Below, piece after piece: positions 22,414 through 36,416 of a DNA stretch of 52,218 nt. Both the position numbers and the translations under genes were made by a program. The stretch lies in the NCBI GenBank assembly GCA_003427395.1, contig BFEA01000023.1, forward strand, positions 2,016,220 through 2,068,437. Direction: 5' to 3'. Below the pieces are notes generated by a model. It worked only from the letters and a program-made list of their open reading frames with translations, was not told where the DNA came from and did no database searches. The first letter of the stretch is position 1; each line of letters opens with the position of its first letter. This DNA comes from Chara braunii (lineage: Eukaryota > Plantae > Charophyceae).

Positions 22414-23693
22414 TAGAGGTGGCTGCTCTTATCACCCCCTCCAGTAGAGGTAGCTGGTTAAAAAAAAAAAAGGAAAAAGAAAAAAAAAGTTACTTTGTAG
22501 TATTTGTACATGTATTCGGCCATGGGCACTCTGCCAATAATCAACTTTGAATCTCTAAATAAGTACGCAGTAGTGTTGCGAGCAGCCAAAAATAAAAATA
22601 AGTACTTTGTAGTATGTACATGTGTCCGGTCTTGGACTTCACGATTCGTCAGTAGAAAGGAGAACCGGTTCTTCAGACGAATCGTGACGTCCGAGACTAC
22701 CACGGAACGCAGCAAGGCGCTGCTAGCAGCACTACTGCGTAGGGATAGACCTGACTCGCAACTCAAGCCTCTCACTANACACACACACACACAAACACGG
22801 AGAGAGAGAGAGAGAGAGAGAGGAGTGTTGTACTCTATTGTACATGTGTACATCTAGGTGTAGGAGAGAGCAGAAGAGAGAGGCTGTACTGGTGTCTAGG
22901 GATAGTGGTGAGGGAGGATGATAGGGTGAAAGGGAGGTGATTAATATCTGGATGAATGTAGTTATTTGGAATCAGGCGTGGTGGACGCCACTGAGATTTT
23001 TGCTTTGTGGGAGAAGAGGCGAGCCTGTTGTGATGGCGGTAGTGGTCGGGAGGTCGTGAAGGCAAGGAGCTCTTGGCCGTCGGTGTGCAATCAGCATGTG
23101 TGGTCAATGAAGAGCAAAAAAGAAGTCTATTCTTCACACGCCGTTGTCGTCAACAACGGGCATTATGATTGCGATGGCGGACCAGCAAGATAATAATGCT
23201 GAGGTGTTGATTGGAATTGGGCATGTATTCCCAATTATGACACGAGTTGTCCAGGAGGAGGGGGGCAGTTCTTTGGAACGGTTTCGGGGATCCAAGGCAT
23301 TTTTAAGGAGACGGGGGGGGGGGGACGCGGGGAAACGCAGGTTTTCTTTATCCTGGTTTCCAGGACGGGGACAGTTCTTTGAGGAGACGGGGGGGGTGGG
23401 GAAATGCAGGTTTTCTTTATCCTGGTTTGCGCTGCTGCGTTCGAACGCCAATAGTGTGGAGATAGGCGGGCTTTTGTTACTATGTTCTCCAGCCGTATCG
23501 GCTGTGCTGGTGTCTTACAGGTCCGGTGCCATCACTTTATATCAGTCTTTCGCCGGCGGGTCTTACGCCTATTCGAGCCTGTGCCTCTGGTGTCCACTTT
23601 GCGGTACTGTGCGCTGAGTCTGGTTTATCTGGAGGGGACCTGGGGGGTGGAGGAGAAGAAGGGCTGTCCAGCACCTGTGACAGTAGATGCTCG

Positions 23694-23781
<88 letters not shown>

Positions 23782-23919
23782 CTTTTCGTCTACTTCACTT
23801 TTGCAGGGTGGATAAGGGAATTGGACAGGATATCATTCTGGGTTTGCCATGGTCGTCCATGGTTGGGTAATCGTACGTTGCATATGGGCTCTGTTCAGTG
23901 AGCGCCGTGAGGTTGTGAA

Positions 23920-24310
23920 GGTGCTGATGAATAACCAGATGGTTGTTGTCAACGCTAATTCTTCGTGCTATCATCATCATCGCTGCATCAGCCTGATTGG
24001 TCTCAGCACGGGTATCAGGAAGAATAGCCTTAAGCACGGGTATCAGGAAGAATAGCCTCGACTCCTTTTCCTCCTACAAGGTCCTTGTTGGTGCAGCTAG
24101 AGGATAGAGGAGAGCAGGAGGTGTGCTGATGGATAACCACATGGCTGTTGTCAACGGTAATTCTTCGTGCTATCATCATCGCTGCACCAGCCTCATTGGT
24201 CTCAGCACGGGTATCAGGAAGATAGCCTTGCCTCCTCTTCTCTTCTCTCTTCCTACACGGTTCTTGCTTGTGGAGCTAGAGTACGATTACACGGTATCAG
24301 GAGGATAGAG
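23920..24310 (+). repeat. Local duplication of about 200 bp with CACGGGTATCAGGAAGAATAG sub-repeats
   Basis: GTGCTGATG.ATAACCA.ATGG.TGTTGTCAACG.TAATTCTTCGTGCTATCATCATC occurs at about 23921 and 24123. Confidence 0.8.
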
Positions 24311-25042
24311 TAGAGCACGAAAGAGCGCCCCAAGTACGATTACAGTTCATACTATATAGTAGTGCTCGCATTCTCTCTTTTCTCAATTCTCTTATCTGTT
24401 TTTCCGCCCCTCCTGATGAGGCTTATGTTGTTGTAGGCGTCGGATACTTGTGTGCCACGTCGGCTTGACATGTTGGGGGGGGGGAGTCTTTACCGTTCGA
24501 CAGTTAGGTGGAGTGGATAGCGGTGTCGATGAGGGGGGGAGAGTTAAGAGGTGATGGAAAAACGGGCGGTTTGTAAATGCGCTCAACAGGGAGATTGTAA
24601 TTTTGAGCGAACAGTGTGTGCGGGAGTGTGTGGCAGACTTAAAGAGATTCATTTTGTCGACTTCGACGCGTGTTGAGTGTACAGAGAGCTTTGTTTTCCT
24701 TTGATTGACTGCACCGCATTTTTGACAAGTAATCAAAGCTTTTGGCGAATCCGTTTTTCGCAGCGCGTTCTCGCGAATGCATAGGGAATTAAGTGGGCGT
24801 TCGTATTCGGCTGGCTGCTCTGCCTTCGCGGGAAGCGTGCTGTCATATGATTCCACACAACGGTCCTTCCTCTTCTTGGAAAAACTAAATCCTCGCTCGC
24901 TGTAATATCGCTTGTTCTTTTTGATAACTAGACAGGAGAGGGAAATAGTCTTGTTTCTTGCTGTCGGTAGTGCTTCCGCCCTGAGTCTACGAATGGGCAT
25001 GGCTTAGGTCTGTGTGCACACGAGAGGCAGAGGCAGAGGGAA

Positions 25043-25083
<41 letters not shown>

Positions 25084-26412
25084 GTGCGTGTCCAAATTAC
25101 ATAAAAGAAACAGGAGATGATGTGGGTGGATTGGATTGGGTAAGGAGGAGATTAGATGGATTCAGTGTGTGTGTGTGGGGAGAGAGAGAGAGAGTTGTGT
25201 GTGTTCGAATGACATGAAAGAAACAGGTTTTGGAACGGAAAATGCAAGAATCTATCCCTTATCCAGTCAGGTTTTGTCTTTTTGTTCTGTTTTCCTCCCG
25301 GTTCTCCTTCACGTCATACCACACGCTGGTCAAACATGGGGGTACTGTATATGGGGAAGAGAACACCAGCCTGCCATGATGTTTCTGGTGCTCGCCGTCT
25401 GTTTTCATGTCGGTCACAATTCCGTTCGAAATACATGGCATAGGAAGTGAGGGAACAACATTCTGCCATGAATTTTCTGGTCCTCACCCTCTACTCACAA
25501 TTCCACGAGTAATACATAGCATAGGTGTAATACGGGAACTGCAATTCATGCCTCATGTAGTGTGTCTGTCTCTTTATCGAATTTGCTTACTAGGAGTCTA
25601 GGATTTGTAGTCGGACTGAAATGAAGGCAAAGTTTCGTTTTTCCTTGGATCAGTCCTCGCATAACAAGAATTTGCCTCTAGGCCAGTCGAGGGGTCATGG
25701 TGCCAGGGTCTTGTGCCTGCCATATGTGTGTTAGGGCCTTCCGGGTATTGGACTTCCAATACTTCGTTGCCTATTGTGCGATACCTAGCGGGCACAATAG
25801 GGCCGCTAAGCTAATTGTTGGCCTATGCGAAGGAGAACCTGTGTAAGGAAGGTGCATAGTTTGTGGGGAGCTGGACGTCATTGCCTGCCATCAGACGGTT
25901 GATAGTGGCTGTAGAGATGTTTTGCGGGGCATTATGTATGTGCGTGACTGCTAGACTGTGCAGCATTTACCGAAAGCGTAGGGGACTGGACAGAGCATGC
26001 ACACAGTTGGTGGCATTGGCGGTATGTGCATATACCAACCTACACGTTCCTCGCCCGTCCGTCACTGCCTGGACAGAGCATGCACGCAGTTGTTGGCATT
26101 GGCGGTAGGTGTTTATAGCCACCTACGTTCCTCGCCCGTCCTTCACTGCTGTGGCTGATAATCTCACGGTTTTCAGGGCTGGTCCTTGTCTTTGTTGGTG
26201 CCTCCTTGGTTGAGCCCACTTTGCTGATGCTGGCACTTGCTGCTGAGAGCTTTATTGTTTATGGTGCCTGTTTCAGTTCATCTATATATTTTCGGCGTAG
26301 TCTGTCCGGTAGCATTTGCGATTGCGATTCAGGTCCCCACTTCTTTTATCTAATCTAACGAACCTGTTCAGAAGGGTTACATCTGCTGCTTGATTAATCA
26401 CGGCATGCGATA

Positions 26413-26535
26413 TCTTGATCAGGATCCCTACTCAGCACGATGACAGTTAAGACGAGTTGCAGATATTCTCTCTCTTGATCAGGATCCCTACTCAGTACGA
26501 TGACAGTTAAGACGAGTTGCAGATATTCTCTCTCT
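26413..26535 (+). repeat. 60-bp tandem duplication
   Basis: Two near-identical copies of TCTTGATCAGGATCCCTACTCAG.ACGATGACAGTTAAGACGAGTTGCAGATATTCTCTC. Similar short tandem duplications occur at about 25987-26150, 28742-28911 and 30721-30905. Confidence 0.9.
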
Positions 26536-27625
26536 GTGGCAGGTTGGCCTCCGACGTGGGATGGTGTTTCGGTCTGGAGATACTTTTGGGCTGCTGCTAA
26601 TGACAAAGAGGCATGGGAAGGCAGCAATGATAGAGGAGCATGCAGTAAAAAAAGTGGACGGTCTCTAATTTGTCTGTTTTTTTTAGCTGCTGCGGAAGAC
26701 AGAACAGGTGTGGGTAGGGGCCAATGATAGACGGCATATGCAGGAAAACAAGCGTAAGGTCTCTGATTGGTGTGGTTTCGTCAGGGCCTCGGAGGGGGGA
26801 GGGGGAGGGGGGGAGGGGGGGCGGGGGGGGGAACAATGGTTTGTGTTCTTGGGAACAGGGGGACCGGGTGTTCGCTCTTGGTGGTGTCTGCCAGATTTAG
26901 GGTCATGACTATTTTCAATCCCCTGTGGTGCTCGGACTGTTGAAATGTTAAGGCTGTTGAGGTGCCACAAGCTACTTCACGACGCAGTTCTGATGATGGA
27001 CAGGAGTTTTATTTGCTTCTTGATATTCTTGTTGGATTATAATCTGAAAGGGTGTATGGACTAATCTGTTCTAGCAGGCCTACATTCATTTGGAGTGTGC
27101 CATGGCTATAAGCTTAAAAGGTAAACCAATCACTAGCGGGACGCATCAAGATATGTTGGCTGTGGTGAACTGGGTACTGCAGCCTTGCTTTGTGTTCCCT
27201 CAGTGGGATGGGAATAGACAAGTGCGCTGATTTCAGAAGGGTACTCCGGAAATTGTAAGTAGTTTTGGCTTGAAAATGATGCAGGAACGGGCCTGTTGCC
27301 TACCGTTTGTCAAAATGTGTTTCACAATTAATGGATTGGATACAGAGATGTAGTTACGGTCTTTTCATCTTTTCCCCNNNNNNNNNNNNNNNNNNNNNNN
27401 NNNNNNNNNNNNNNNNNNNNNNNNNNNNNNNNNNNNNNNNNNNNNNNNNNNNNNNNNNNNNNNNNNNNNNNNNNNNNNNNNNNNNNNNNNNNNNNNNNNN
27501 NNNNNNNNNNNNNNNNNNNNNNNNNNNNNNNNNNNNNNNNNNNNNNNNNNNNNNNNNNNNNNNNNNNNNNNNNNNNNNNNNNNGAATTGATTTCGTTTTG
27601 CGCTGTTGTGGAATGATGTGTGTGT

Positions 27626-27690
<65 letters not shown>

Positions 27691-27707
27691 GCATGTGTAT
27701 GTGTGTG

Positions 27708-27765
<58 letters not shown>

Positions 27766-28491
27766 TCAGGAAGCCAAGGATGTTATTCCTCTTGAGAATT
27801 TGTACGGCAGGAAATGGTACTCAGACAAACGTAGTGTCGAGGCTTAACTGGGAGCAGCGGAGGTTTGTAACAGGAACGGTGGTGAATACATGATTGGGTG
27901 GTTGTACCGAGAGAGAGCAGGAGGGAGAATCCTGTGTCTATTTGCAAATACAGGTGTACCACACATGATGGACATTACTGGTGAAGATGAGTGCGTGCTT
28001 AATTCAGAAACTCGAGAGGGTATGGCTCCGTTCTCCTGCTGAGCTTCCTCCTCTGGGAAGACCTTGTCAGGTGAAGTGTGTGCCTAAAATAGGACGGAAA
28101 CGGCTACAGGGGTCTTTTTTTTTTGCATGCAGAGAGCCAGTGAGTATCTGGCGAGGTTTCTGAAGTGGTCTTTTGCTGTGAACTCTAAAATTGCTCATAT
28201 GACGTAACACATTGGCCGGCAGAGCTTGACGAGGGATTATAAAAGGATGATGGTGGAGGTACCAAGACATAAGGGAGGTGAAATGGATGTATAACAGTAC
28301 AGGTATATACAGTCAATTGCTGGGAGTTCAAGAATAGCACATGAAACAGACACGCTTTGGACTGAACAGAGCGCGGGAGTGGGTGGGCAGGCATGGTGGT
28401 GAAGGCACCAACATAGGCGATACGTGAAGCCGGTCCCATTCTGGGCCCACAGGGCTAAAATATGCATACTCATGAGGGTGTATTCACTGCA

Positions 28492-28544
<53 letters not shown>

Positions 28545-31199
28545 TACGGTTTACCGGGCAGTTCTGTTTGTGACGATATATGACAATATATATTAGACTC
28601 TGCTTGATAGGAAACGCCCTGCTGTGGGTATTTCCCTACAGGATGGCAGCATGATTTTCCAAAAACAAAAAGAAGAAAAGAAAAAGAAAGGATGACAGCA
28701 CCTGTATAAGGCCACTGCGTCTTAGTTTGCGTTCTAACCAAGGTTCTGAAGTATTTTGAATCGGGATAATTTGCGAAATACCCCTATAAGTTGCGACATT
28801 TGCCAAAATGCCCCTAAAAGATGTGGGTTCTGAAGTATTTCAAATCGGGATGATTTGGGAAATACCCCTATAAGTTGTGACAAATGCCAAAATGCCCCTA
28901 GAAGATGTGGGTAGCGCGGAATGTTTTTTTATTTTTATTTTTTTTCTTCCTTGATGTTGTTGAGCAGACATCAAATTTTTGAAACGTCTACTGGCAGGCA
29001 AACAGAGGTTGCATGGGGTAGGTAGAGAGGGGAATGATGGAGGGGCCAACATAACATGTGCACTGCAGGAGGATCTAGTTAAAGCTGTCATATTGAACAA
29101 GGGAGCTGAAGTAAGGCTTCGCATCCGACATGTGGGAGATGAAATGAAGCTCTGCCCTGGAAGATGAATGCACATAGTGGGTGCTACTTTGCCTCCAGTT
29201 CTTGCCTTTCTGGTGAGCCCAGTCCTAACATCCAGTGTGACCAATTGCATGGTGAGAGTTGTGACAGAAGTTTTGGACTTTGAAGACTGGTAGTAACTCT
29301 AAAAAGGATGAGGAAACCCAAGTGGAAACCCCAGATGGATATGGGAAAGTTGGCATTGTGAAGAATTGTGTTGGATCCCACAGCTTCATGAACTGCATGG
29401 TCAAATGAATTAAAAAAAAAAAAAAAAAAAAAAAAACATGATGTGTATGCGGTTGTGGGAATATCAAGGTCACGGAGGCGATCCTGGACTTTTTTCTTTT
29501 TTTAAATATTAAAACAGCACACTTGTCATCTTTCGAAAGACAAAATTCAATCAAGGCCGGGGACCTCACATTTCTACCTGCGGTTATCACGTCCTGTCCT
29601 ACTCCTACCAACACTCTCCTAGTGGCCTACCTTGGCCCTATTGCAACCGAGTGCCCAGGTTAACATAGTAGGGAAATCTTGCTGCTGCTCGAGTGTCGTG
29701 TTGATTGACGGTAATTGATTTTTTTGCTCACTTATGACATATTTTATGTTGCTGTTCGAGCAATGTACTGGGAATTGAGACTGTGTGTATATCTGTCTGC
29801 CCTCTATCTGGTTGTTTGTTAGATGACGCTTTGTGTTTTTCTGGTCTTCATATGATGATGAACCATGCTCACCGCACGTTATACGACCTCCTTCCCCATT
29901 GCAAAGCTCTCAGTTCGATTGGTTGTCGAAAAGGCTGATAAGCTGCCATTAGGTTGGTCTGCAGAAAATCCGACAGGTCCCTGACTGGTCCATGTCAGCG
30001 GGAAGGGGAGGGTGTGGGATGCATCAGGAGGGGGAAGGTGTGGGGTGCATTAGGAGGGGGAGGGTGGATGGAAGCGTGCAAGAGGCAGTGGGGAGCAGTA
30101 GCATTCACAACTCCACGTTGTTTGCAGGTGATATGCAGTGAACTGCAAGTACACTGCCCCAGCCTTGCAAGTTTTTGTCGCCACAAGCAAAACTGGGAGG
30201 GGCCATGCCGTGCTGGGTGCCGTTGAAAAAAAAAGTCGGCGGCCTCTGAAGTGGTGTGGGTTTCATGCTGACACTTTTGGGCCGATGTATGTGTTGTGGT
30301 GCTTTAAGAGCTACAGCAGCGCTTTGGCTTTGGGAAGACGTGGGGCTCAGTACTGGGGGACCGTATTGCATCGTCTAGCAAATGTGATGGGGGAAAAGGC
30401 GGGCTGGGCAGTAGTGGGATGTTGTGTCTCCATGATTGTTCCAGCACTTACGGCTGCCCCGCTGAGATTTGGACATTCAATTCTACACAGGAGATACCTG
30501 CATCGGCTAGGAAACAGGGGCGGGTAACTGTTGATAGCCTTGCTGATATGAGCAAGGAGGGAGTAAGATAACCGAGGGAGAGTGTGGAGGGCGAGACTAG
30601 TGCAGTGTACATGGTGTTGAAAGTGTGTCTTTGAGTCGCAAGAGTTGGATGATTAAGCCAAATCATGATGTAAAGAGGTTGGTGACAGGGAGGAGGAAGG
30701 GATGCGGGACATGACGTGACGTTCAATGGGAGGACTGAGGGGAAACCCTGGACGGAGGGGGGAGCTGGGTGGTGGATTTTGACGTGACAGGGGTTGAGAC
30801 GGAGACAGCAAGTCTGTGGGGTTTATGTTGGAGGTTCAATGGAGAACTGAGGGGAAACCCTGGACGGGGGGGGAGCTGGGTGGTGGTTTTTGACGTGACA
30901 GGGGTGGAGAGGGAGTCAGCGATACTGTTTGTTAGCGGGCATTATGAATGTCGTGGACTGTGTGGGATTTATGTTGGCAGCAGTGCTTGTCATGGCTATC
31001 CATGTCAGGGAGGTTAGAGTGAACGGAGATTCCGTGGTGATCTCAAGCAAATGAAGGGCGATTTTATGGTCAGAAATTGGCGATTACGGGTGCAAAAAAA
31101 GAAGGTTCTACATCTTCTAAAAGGCGCACAATCTTTAATCTCCCATGTGCAAATCAGGACAGCTTGGAAGCGACAGGAAGATCAACGATTTTAGCCCTG

Positions 31200-33700
31200 A
31201 CACATTGAGATCAGACTTCACAGATCAGTCAGGCAAGGCGATCGGATAGCCCCCTTCCTATTTGTGCTGATAATGGAGGCCCTATCAGCTAACCTACGAA
31301 ACAACAAGAACTTGACTAGGATTCACCTGTCCGGAATTCCGGACGAAGCTGTTCCGATATGTTTGCTTTTCGCCGGCGACCTGACAATAATGACAGATGC
31401 AACACCTGAGAGTATGGAGGAAATTCAGAGGCTGATGGACAGATTCCGCGCCCTCTTGGATATGACCATCAACTGGGGGCAAAAAACCCTGGGATGGTGG
31501 ATCCACCACCAGGGGGGCTGTCCCCCGGAGGAACCGCGCATTACATGGATTCCCTAGGATGCGCCAGTCAGGGTCTTGGCAGTAAAGTTGATGGCGCAGG
31601 GTCGCCCGCTCGATTACGACGAGTGGATCACGGCCCCAGCGCTTGCTAAATTTACCCAATGGGACCACAAGCATACATCCTTGTTTGGAAGATCTCTTGT
31701 AATTAATAATGTGGTTCTAGCCACATTATGGTATAAGTGTGTCCTATGGCTTGTCAATGAGGCGGCTCAGAAAGCCCTCAGGCGAAAAGTGGCATCCTAC
31801 TTGTGGAGAGGAGACAATCAGAATACCAGCGCCATGAGTAGGGTGGCATGAGACTCAGTGGTCCAGCCCAAAGCCCAGGGAGGGTTAGGCATACTAGATC
31901 CCGCTAAGCAGAGACAGGCATTGAGCCTGTTATGGTTCGTGCGTTTGATTTTCGGATCGTCCCTGCAGTGGAAACCGCTGGCTATGAGAGAGATCGCACA
32001 TCTTGCCCCGCAATCTCCTCCAGACATAGACCCGTTGAGGTGGTTAGATGACAGATATTGGAAGGTCCCGAGGAAGGTCCCGGGGGGGCGCCCATGAGAA
32101 GCCCTGTGGCCGCGATTGATCAAAATTTGGAGACCCCCCCCCCCCCAGATCGCCCACCCCTGGGGCATCGGGAAGAGGTGGCAAGACAACCTTTTTTTGG
32201 GAACCGGTGGATCACGAACTCACACAGTTAAATCTTTTGTACTTCAAACACCCCATGGAAAGGATGGGTCAAAAACGGGATCACCCGGGTGGGGGAACTA
32301 TGGGATGACTCCAAGAGGGATTGAAAAACACCAGAACAAATAAGAGAGAAGCTCCACTATTGCCACAACTCTGAAACAGCGCTGGAGGAACTCTTGGAAG
32401 CCTTCCCTATGGCTTGGCTCCCTATCTTGCGCAGGGGGCCGCAACTGCAAAAGGGGGATTGGGTGTCCACCAAGGACACTGCGCAACGAGTAGGGCTAGT
32501 TCACCTGGTGAGGCCGGAGGATGCCCTGGTAGAGGGGTACAGGGTTGGAAGAGATGGTCGGCTAATGGGTAGCAGAGATCCTTTCGTATGGACCTCCAAA
32601 AACCAGTCGCACAGGGTGAGAGTCTATGGCGAAGGGGAAGGAAAAAGGGCTTTTAGGCCTGATATACCGCTATGCATGCTTCCTTTGGACCCAACAAAGT
32701 GGGTGTGGAACCCGCCTGCGCACCCAAGGGCACGTGAGCTTAAACCTATGTCCCGCTGCAATCTGACTGTTAAAACCTCTTATCGGAAGATTAGAGTCAG
32801 AAGGGATCTGAGGGACACGGTCCAGGAGCGATGGCAGCGACATCTTAACATTGACAAACAACTGTTGGCGTCCATTAGGTGGTTCAGAGACTGCAAATGC
32901 GGTCCGGCCAAAATAACATCATTACAATGGCAAATTGTGCATTGCTGTCTCCCCACCAACAGCTGGCTGATCGATTGAGCAGCAAGGGGGGGCTCTCCCT
33001 TGGTGCCCCAGGTGCCTTGCGACCTTCCCAGTACGGAAAAGGGAGGAAACAATTGAGCACATCTTTCTCCAATGCCCAGTGGCACTAGCGACATGGAGAT
33101 GGTGGGAGAGAGTATGGCGGCAGCTAGTCCCAGGACACGCATGGCCATGGGACTGGAGGGCGATCTTGCTTGGATACTGTCCAACACTCCAGAACCAGAC
33201 TTTTGCATGGAACATGTTCCATCTAGGAAGAAGAGTGATCCTATGGGTTTTATGGTGGCAACGATGTGCCCTGGCTATGGAGAAGGTGATGGTGGATGGA
33301 GAAGAGAGAAAGGAATATCTCAAACAGCAGCTCCAACTGGGGCTGTCCCAACAGTGGGCAGCAACAAAACAGGCATTAGACTCTCTCCACCAATCAAAGG
33401 ACATCCTTAAAACAATCAAGAATTTTGGCCAAGAATGGCTGGGCGGAGATTGGGGGGGATGGGTAGCCGAGGTGACTCGGATATGGTCTGGACCATTGGA
33501 AAACCAGAACCAAATGGAGGGCGAACCTATGGGAGCGAAGCCCCCTCGGGACTACCACCTGGCTTTTAAGGACTGGACTGCGATTAGCCCAGACGGCCCC
33601 CTACGACCAGCAGAAGGTTTTGCTGACCCTTTTCTGCACCACCACCAATCGATGGAAGTATAGGTGCGATAGACAAAACTTAGAGGACAAGTGATCGCCT
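31200..33700 (+). mobile_element. 5'-truncated, frameshifted L1/Tx1-like LINE (RT C-terminal half plus zf-RVT)
   Basis: RSVRQGDRIAPFLF, LLFAGDL (YADD box), SLFGRSLVINNVVLATLWY, PKAQGGLGILD and C-terminal CPRC...ETIEHIFLQCP, with several stops and frameshifts. Confidence 0.9.
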
Positions 33701-35544
33701 CTCAAGAGGTTTTATCGGTCTTCAACAACTGTTTTTATTCTCACAACTGTTTGTTTTTTTTTTTTTCTCAGAAGGGACGCTGAGCCCGTTCCTCAGCACA
33801 TGATGGCATGAGGGCACCAGGAGGATTGCACTAGTTTGGCAAGGACAAGGGGATGGAAGAAGATCTCACCGGTGCCCCCTGGTGACTCTCCTTCTGACCC
33901 CCGGTCAGGCCACGGGTTAGGGAAGGGAGGAAAAGGATGACGGGAGGTAGTGGTAGCTGGGGGAGGGAGGAATCAGAGTGTAAACATAGGTATCCGGCGC
34001 GCGATATAGGGCGAAGAGGTTCTCTCCCACCTTGTCTCCCATTAACCTGCTTAGTCAATCCTCTGGACTCCAGAGCATTGAGGCGTCTGTCAAATCTGTT
34101 TTCTGATATCTTCCATTTTCATTCTGTATTTGGGACGCTGGACCCGTTTTCCAGCATGAGATGCTCCCCAGCAATAGATGGAGCCCCCCCTAGGCGCTAG
34201 CGGTGTCTGCTTTTACCAGCACCACTAGCACCACAGGAGGTTTAAAAATAAATAAAAATAAATAAAAAAATTGGAATGTTGTTTCCAAGGGATGCTGAAG
34301 GGTATGATGCAGGGTAGGATGGTTGACAATGAAACTGCCTCCCAGCTGCAAGAAGGGTATGATGGATGAAAAGTGGGGGATGAAAGGAAGATCCTCTCGG
34401 AATCTGGAAGAGTTGGGTTTGGTCAAATAGACAAGGGAGAGTGTTGGATGCACCTTTGTCTATCAATTTGTGTGAATCATTGGTCAAAAATCTTTACTGA
34501 GGTAGGTTCGTTGGTGGGAGGGAGGAAGCTAGAACGAGGATGCCGGACTCGGGCCCTTAAAATTAGGTGAAATATGCATCCTCCTTCCGTTGTCCGTACA
34601 ATGCCGGAACGTCCTTGCTTGTCGCAATAGGAGGTGGTCAATGCCAGAAGGTCATCGCTTGTCATCATCTTTTAATTGGCTCAACCAGTCCAGTCGGTTC
34701 CATTTTACGTAATGGGACTGGGCCCAGGTCCCAGCATGTGCTGCTCGCGACAAATGGGACCGAGCCCTCATATTTGATGGACCCTCGATAAGATTCAGGT
34801 TGTTATCCTGGTCTTATGGAGGGATGATCAATTCTATGTTTCAAATTGGAAAAGAAAAAAGGAAGGAGAAGGGGATCTAGAAAATGCAGTAGTGCCCACT
34901 CATGTCAGGCCTAGAGCAAAGGGCATGGTGCAAAATCCATATGCACTGGAAACATGGAAAACCAAATCCAACATGTTTGACCTAGATCTGTAACTTGCAG
35001 ACTTCAAAGAACCTTCTGAAACAGGTAGGGCCATAGGAAAGGGTCGTGTCTTTTTGTCAGCCCTTTCTTTCTTTTCCTTTTTCTCCCATCCGCCCTCTTT
35101 CCCCCCCCCCCCCAGCTTCAAGCCAACTTCGTCTGGTTTTCGTTTGAGCCGCAAGCTTGTCTGCGCAAAAGATTCTGGCAAGATTTAATTACAGGTTTAT
35201 GTCATCATCTTACCTTCTAATTTCAATGTCTCCCAGAAAAACAGAAGAAAAAAATGTCATCATGACTCTGGAGAACATCACAACAGCTGCCACCAACTTC
35301 AAAGACTGGAGGTTGTCTTTCTTCATTCATTTTACTTTTTTTAAATCTCTCTCCTCCTTACCCGCATCCCTTTTGTCTCCAATCCTCTATCCCCTGTCTT
35401 TTTCCTTTTTTCCTGTTTTTGTTTTTCTTATTTTTAAGGAGGTAGCCCCATAAGATTACTGTATCAAAGCATTTCCATTAGGACTCGAGCTCATGCTCTG
35501 TCCGTTAACAATTACATGTGTATAGGCGAGAGGGTGGCCGGTAC

Positions 35545-35983
35545 ACAGTAATGGTTCGTCATCATCATCAGGGTGCTGCTCGTCATCATCATCATCATCA
35601 TCATCATCATCAACAGGGCGTGGTTCGACATCATCATCACGGTAATGGTTCGTCATCATCATCAGGGTGCTGCTCGTCATCACCATCATCATCATCAGGG
35701 TACGGCTCGTCATCATCATCAAGGCGTAGGTCTTCACTTCTGTTCGGCACTAGTATCATCATCATTATCAAGGAGCCGTTCATCAGGGGTGCTGCTCATC
35801 ACTCATCGTTGTATTACCATCATCAATAGTTCACCATCATAGGGCGCGGTTGGCGAAGTTCGTCATCATAGGGCGCTGCTCATCCCTATCATCATCATCA
35901 TTATCATCACCATCATTAGGTTATCATCAAAGGTGCTCGTCATCAGCACCATCATCATCCTGTTGTCATCACAGGGCGCTGTG

Positions 35984-36024
<41 letters not shown>

Positions 36025-36250
36025 GTTTGTAATCATAGGGGCTGTTGGTGCTGCTCTTTAGTATGATCAGCATCATCATTCTGTCTTCATTCTCATCACT
36101 ACCATCATCATCATCATCATCATCATCAGTTTGTCGTCATTAGATGTTGCTCTTCAAGGCATTGTTTGCCTTTCAAGTCAGCAGGTGAGTTGGTCGTCAC
36201 CATCATCCTCATCATCATCATCTTCAGGGTGCTGTTCATCGTCATCAGCA
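35545..36250. repeat. (CAT)n-rich degenerate minisatellite
   Basis: Repeated GTAATGGTTCGTCATCATCATCAGGGTGCTGCTCGTCATC units and CAT runs. A similar run lies at about 13282-13316. Confidence 0.9.
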
Positions 36251-36416
36251 AAATCCAAAAAAAGAAATCTCATCTACCTTTTCTCCATTATAATTTTCAG
36301 AAATTTCCGATTCTTCCAGTCATATCTTAGGAATCCTATTTCCTAAATTCCTTGTTTTTTTTTTTCTCCACTATTATTTTCTGATTCCCCTTTTTTTTTG
36401 GGGGGGGGGGAGACAA

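Noticed and set aside
24392-25000. 202-aa minus-strand ORF
   Set aside because: No recognisable domain or supporting gene structure. It cannot be supported without homology or RNA data.
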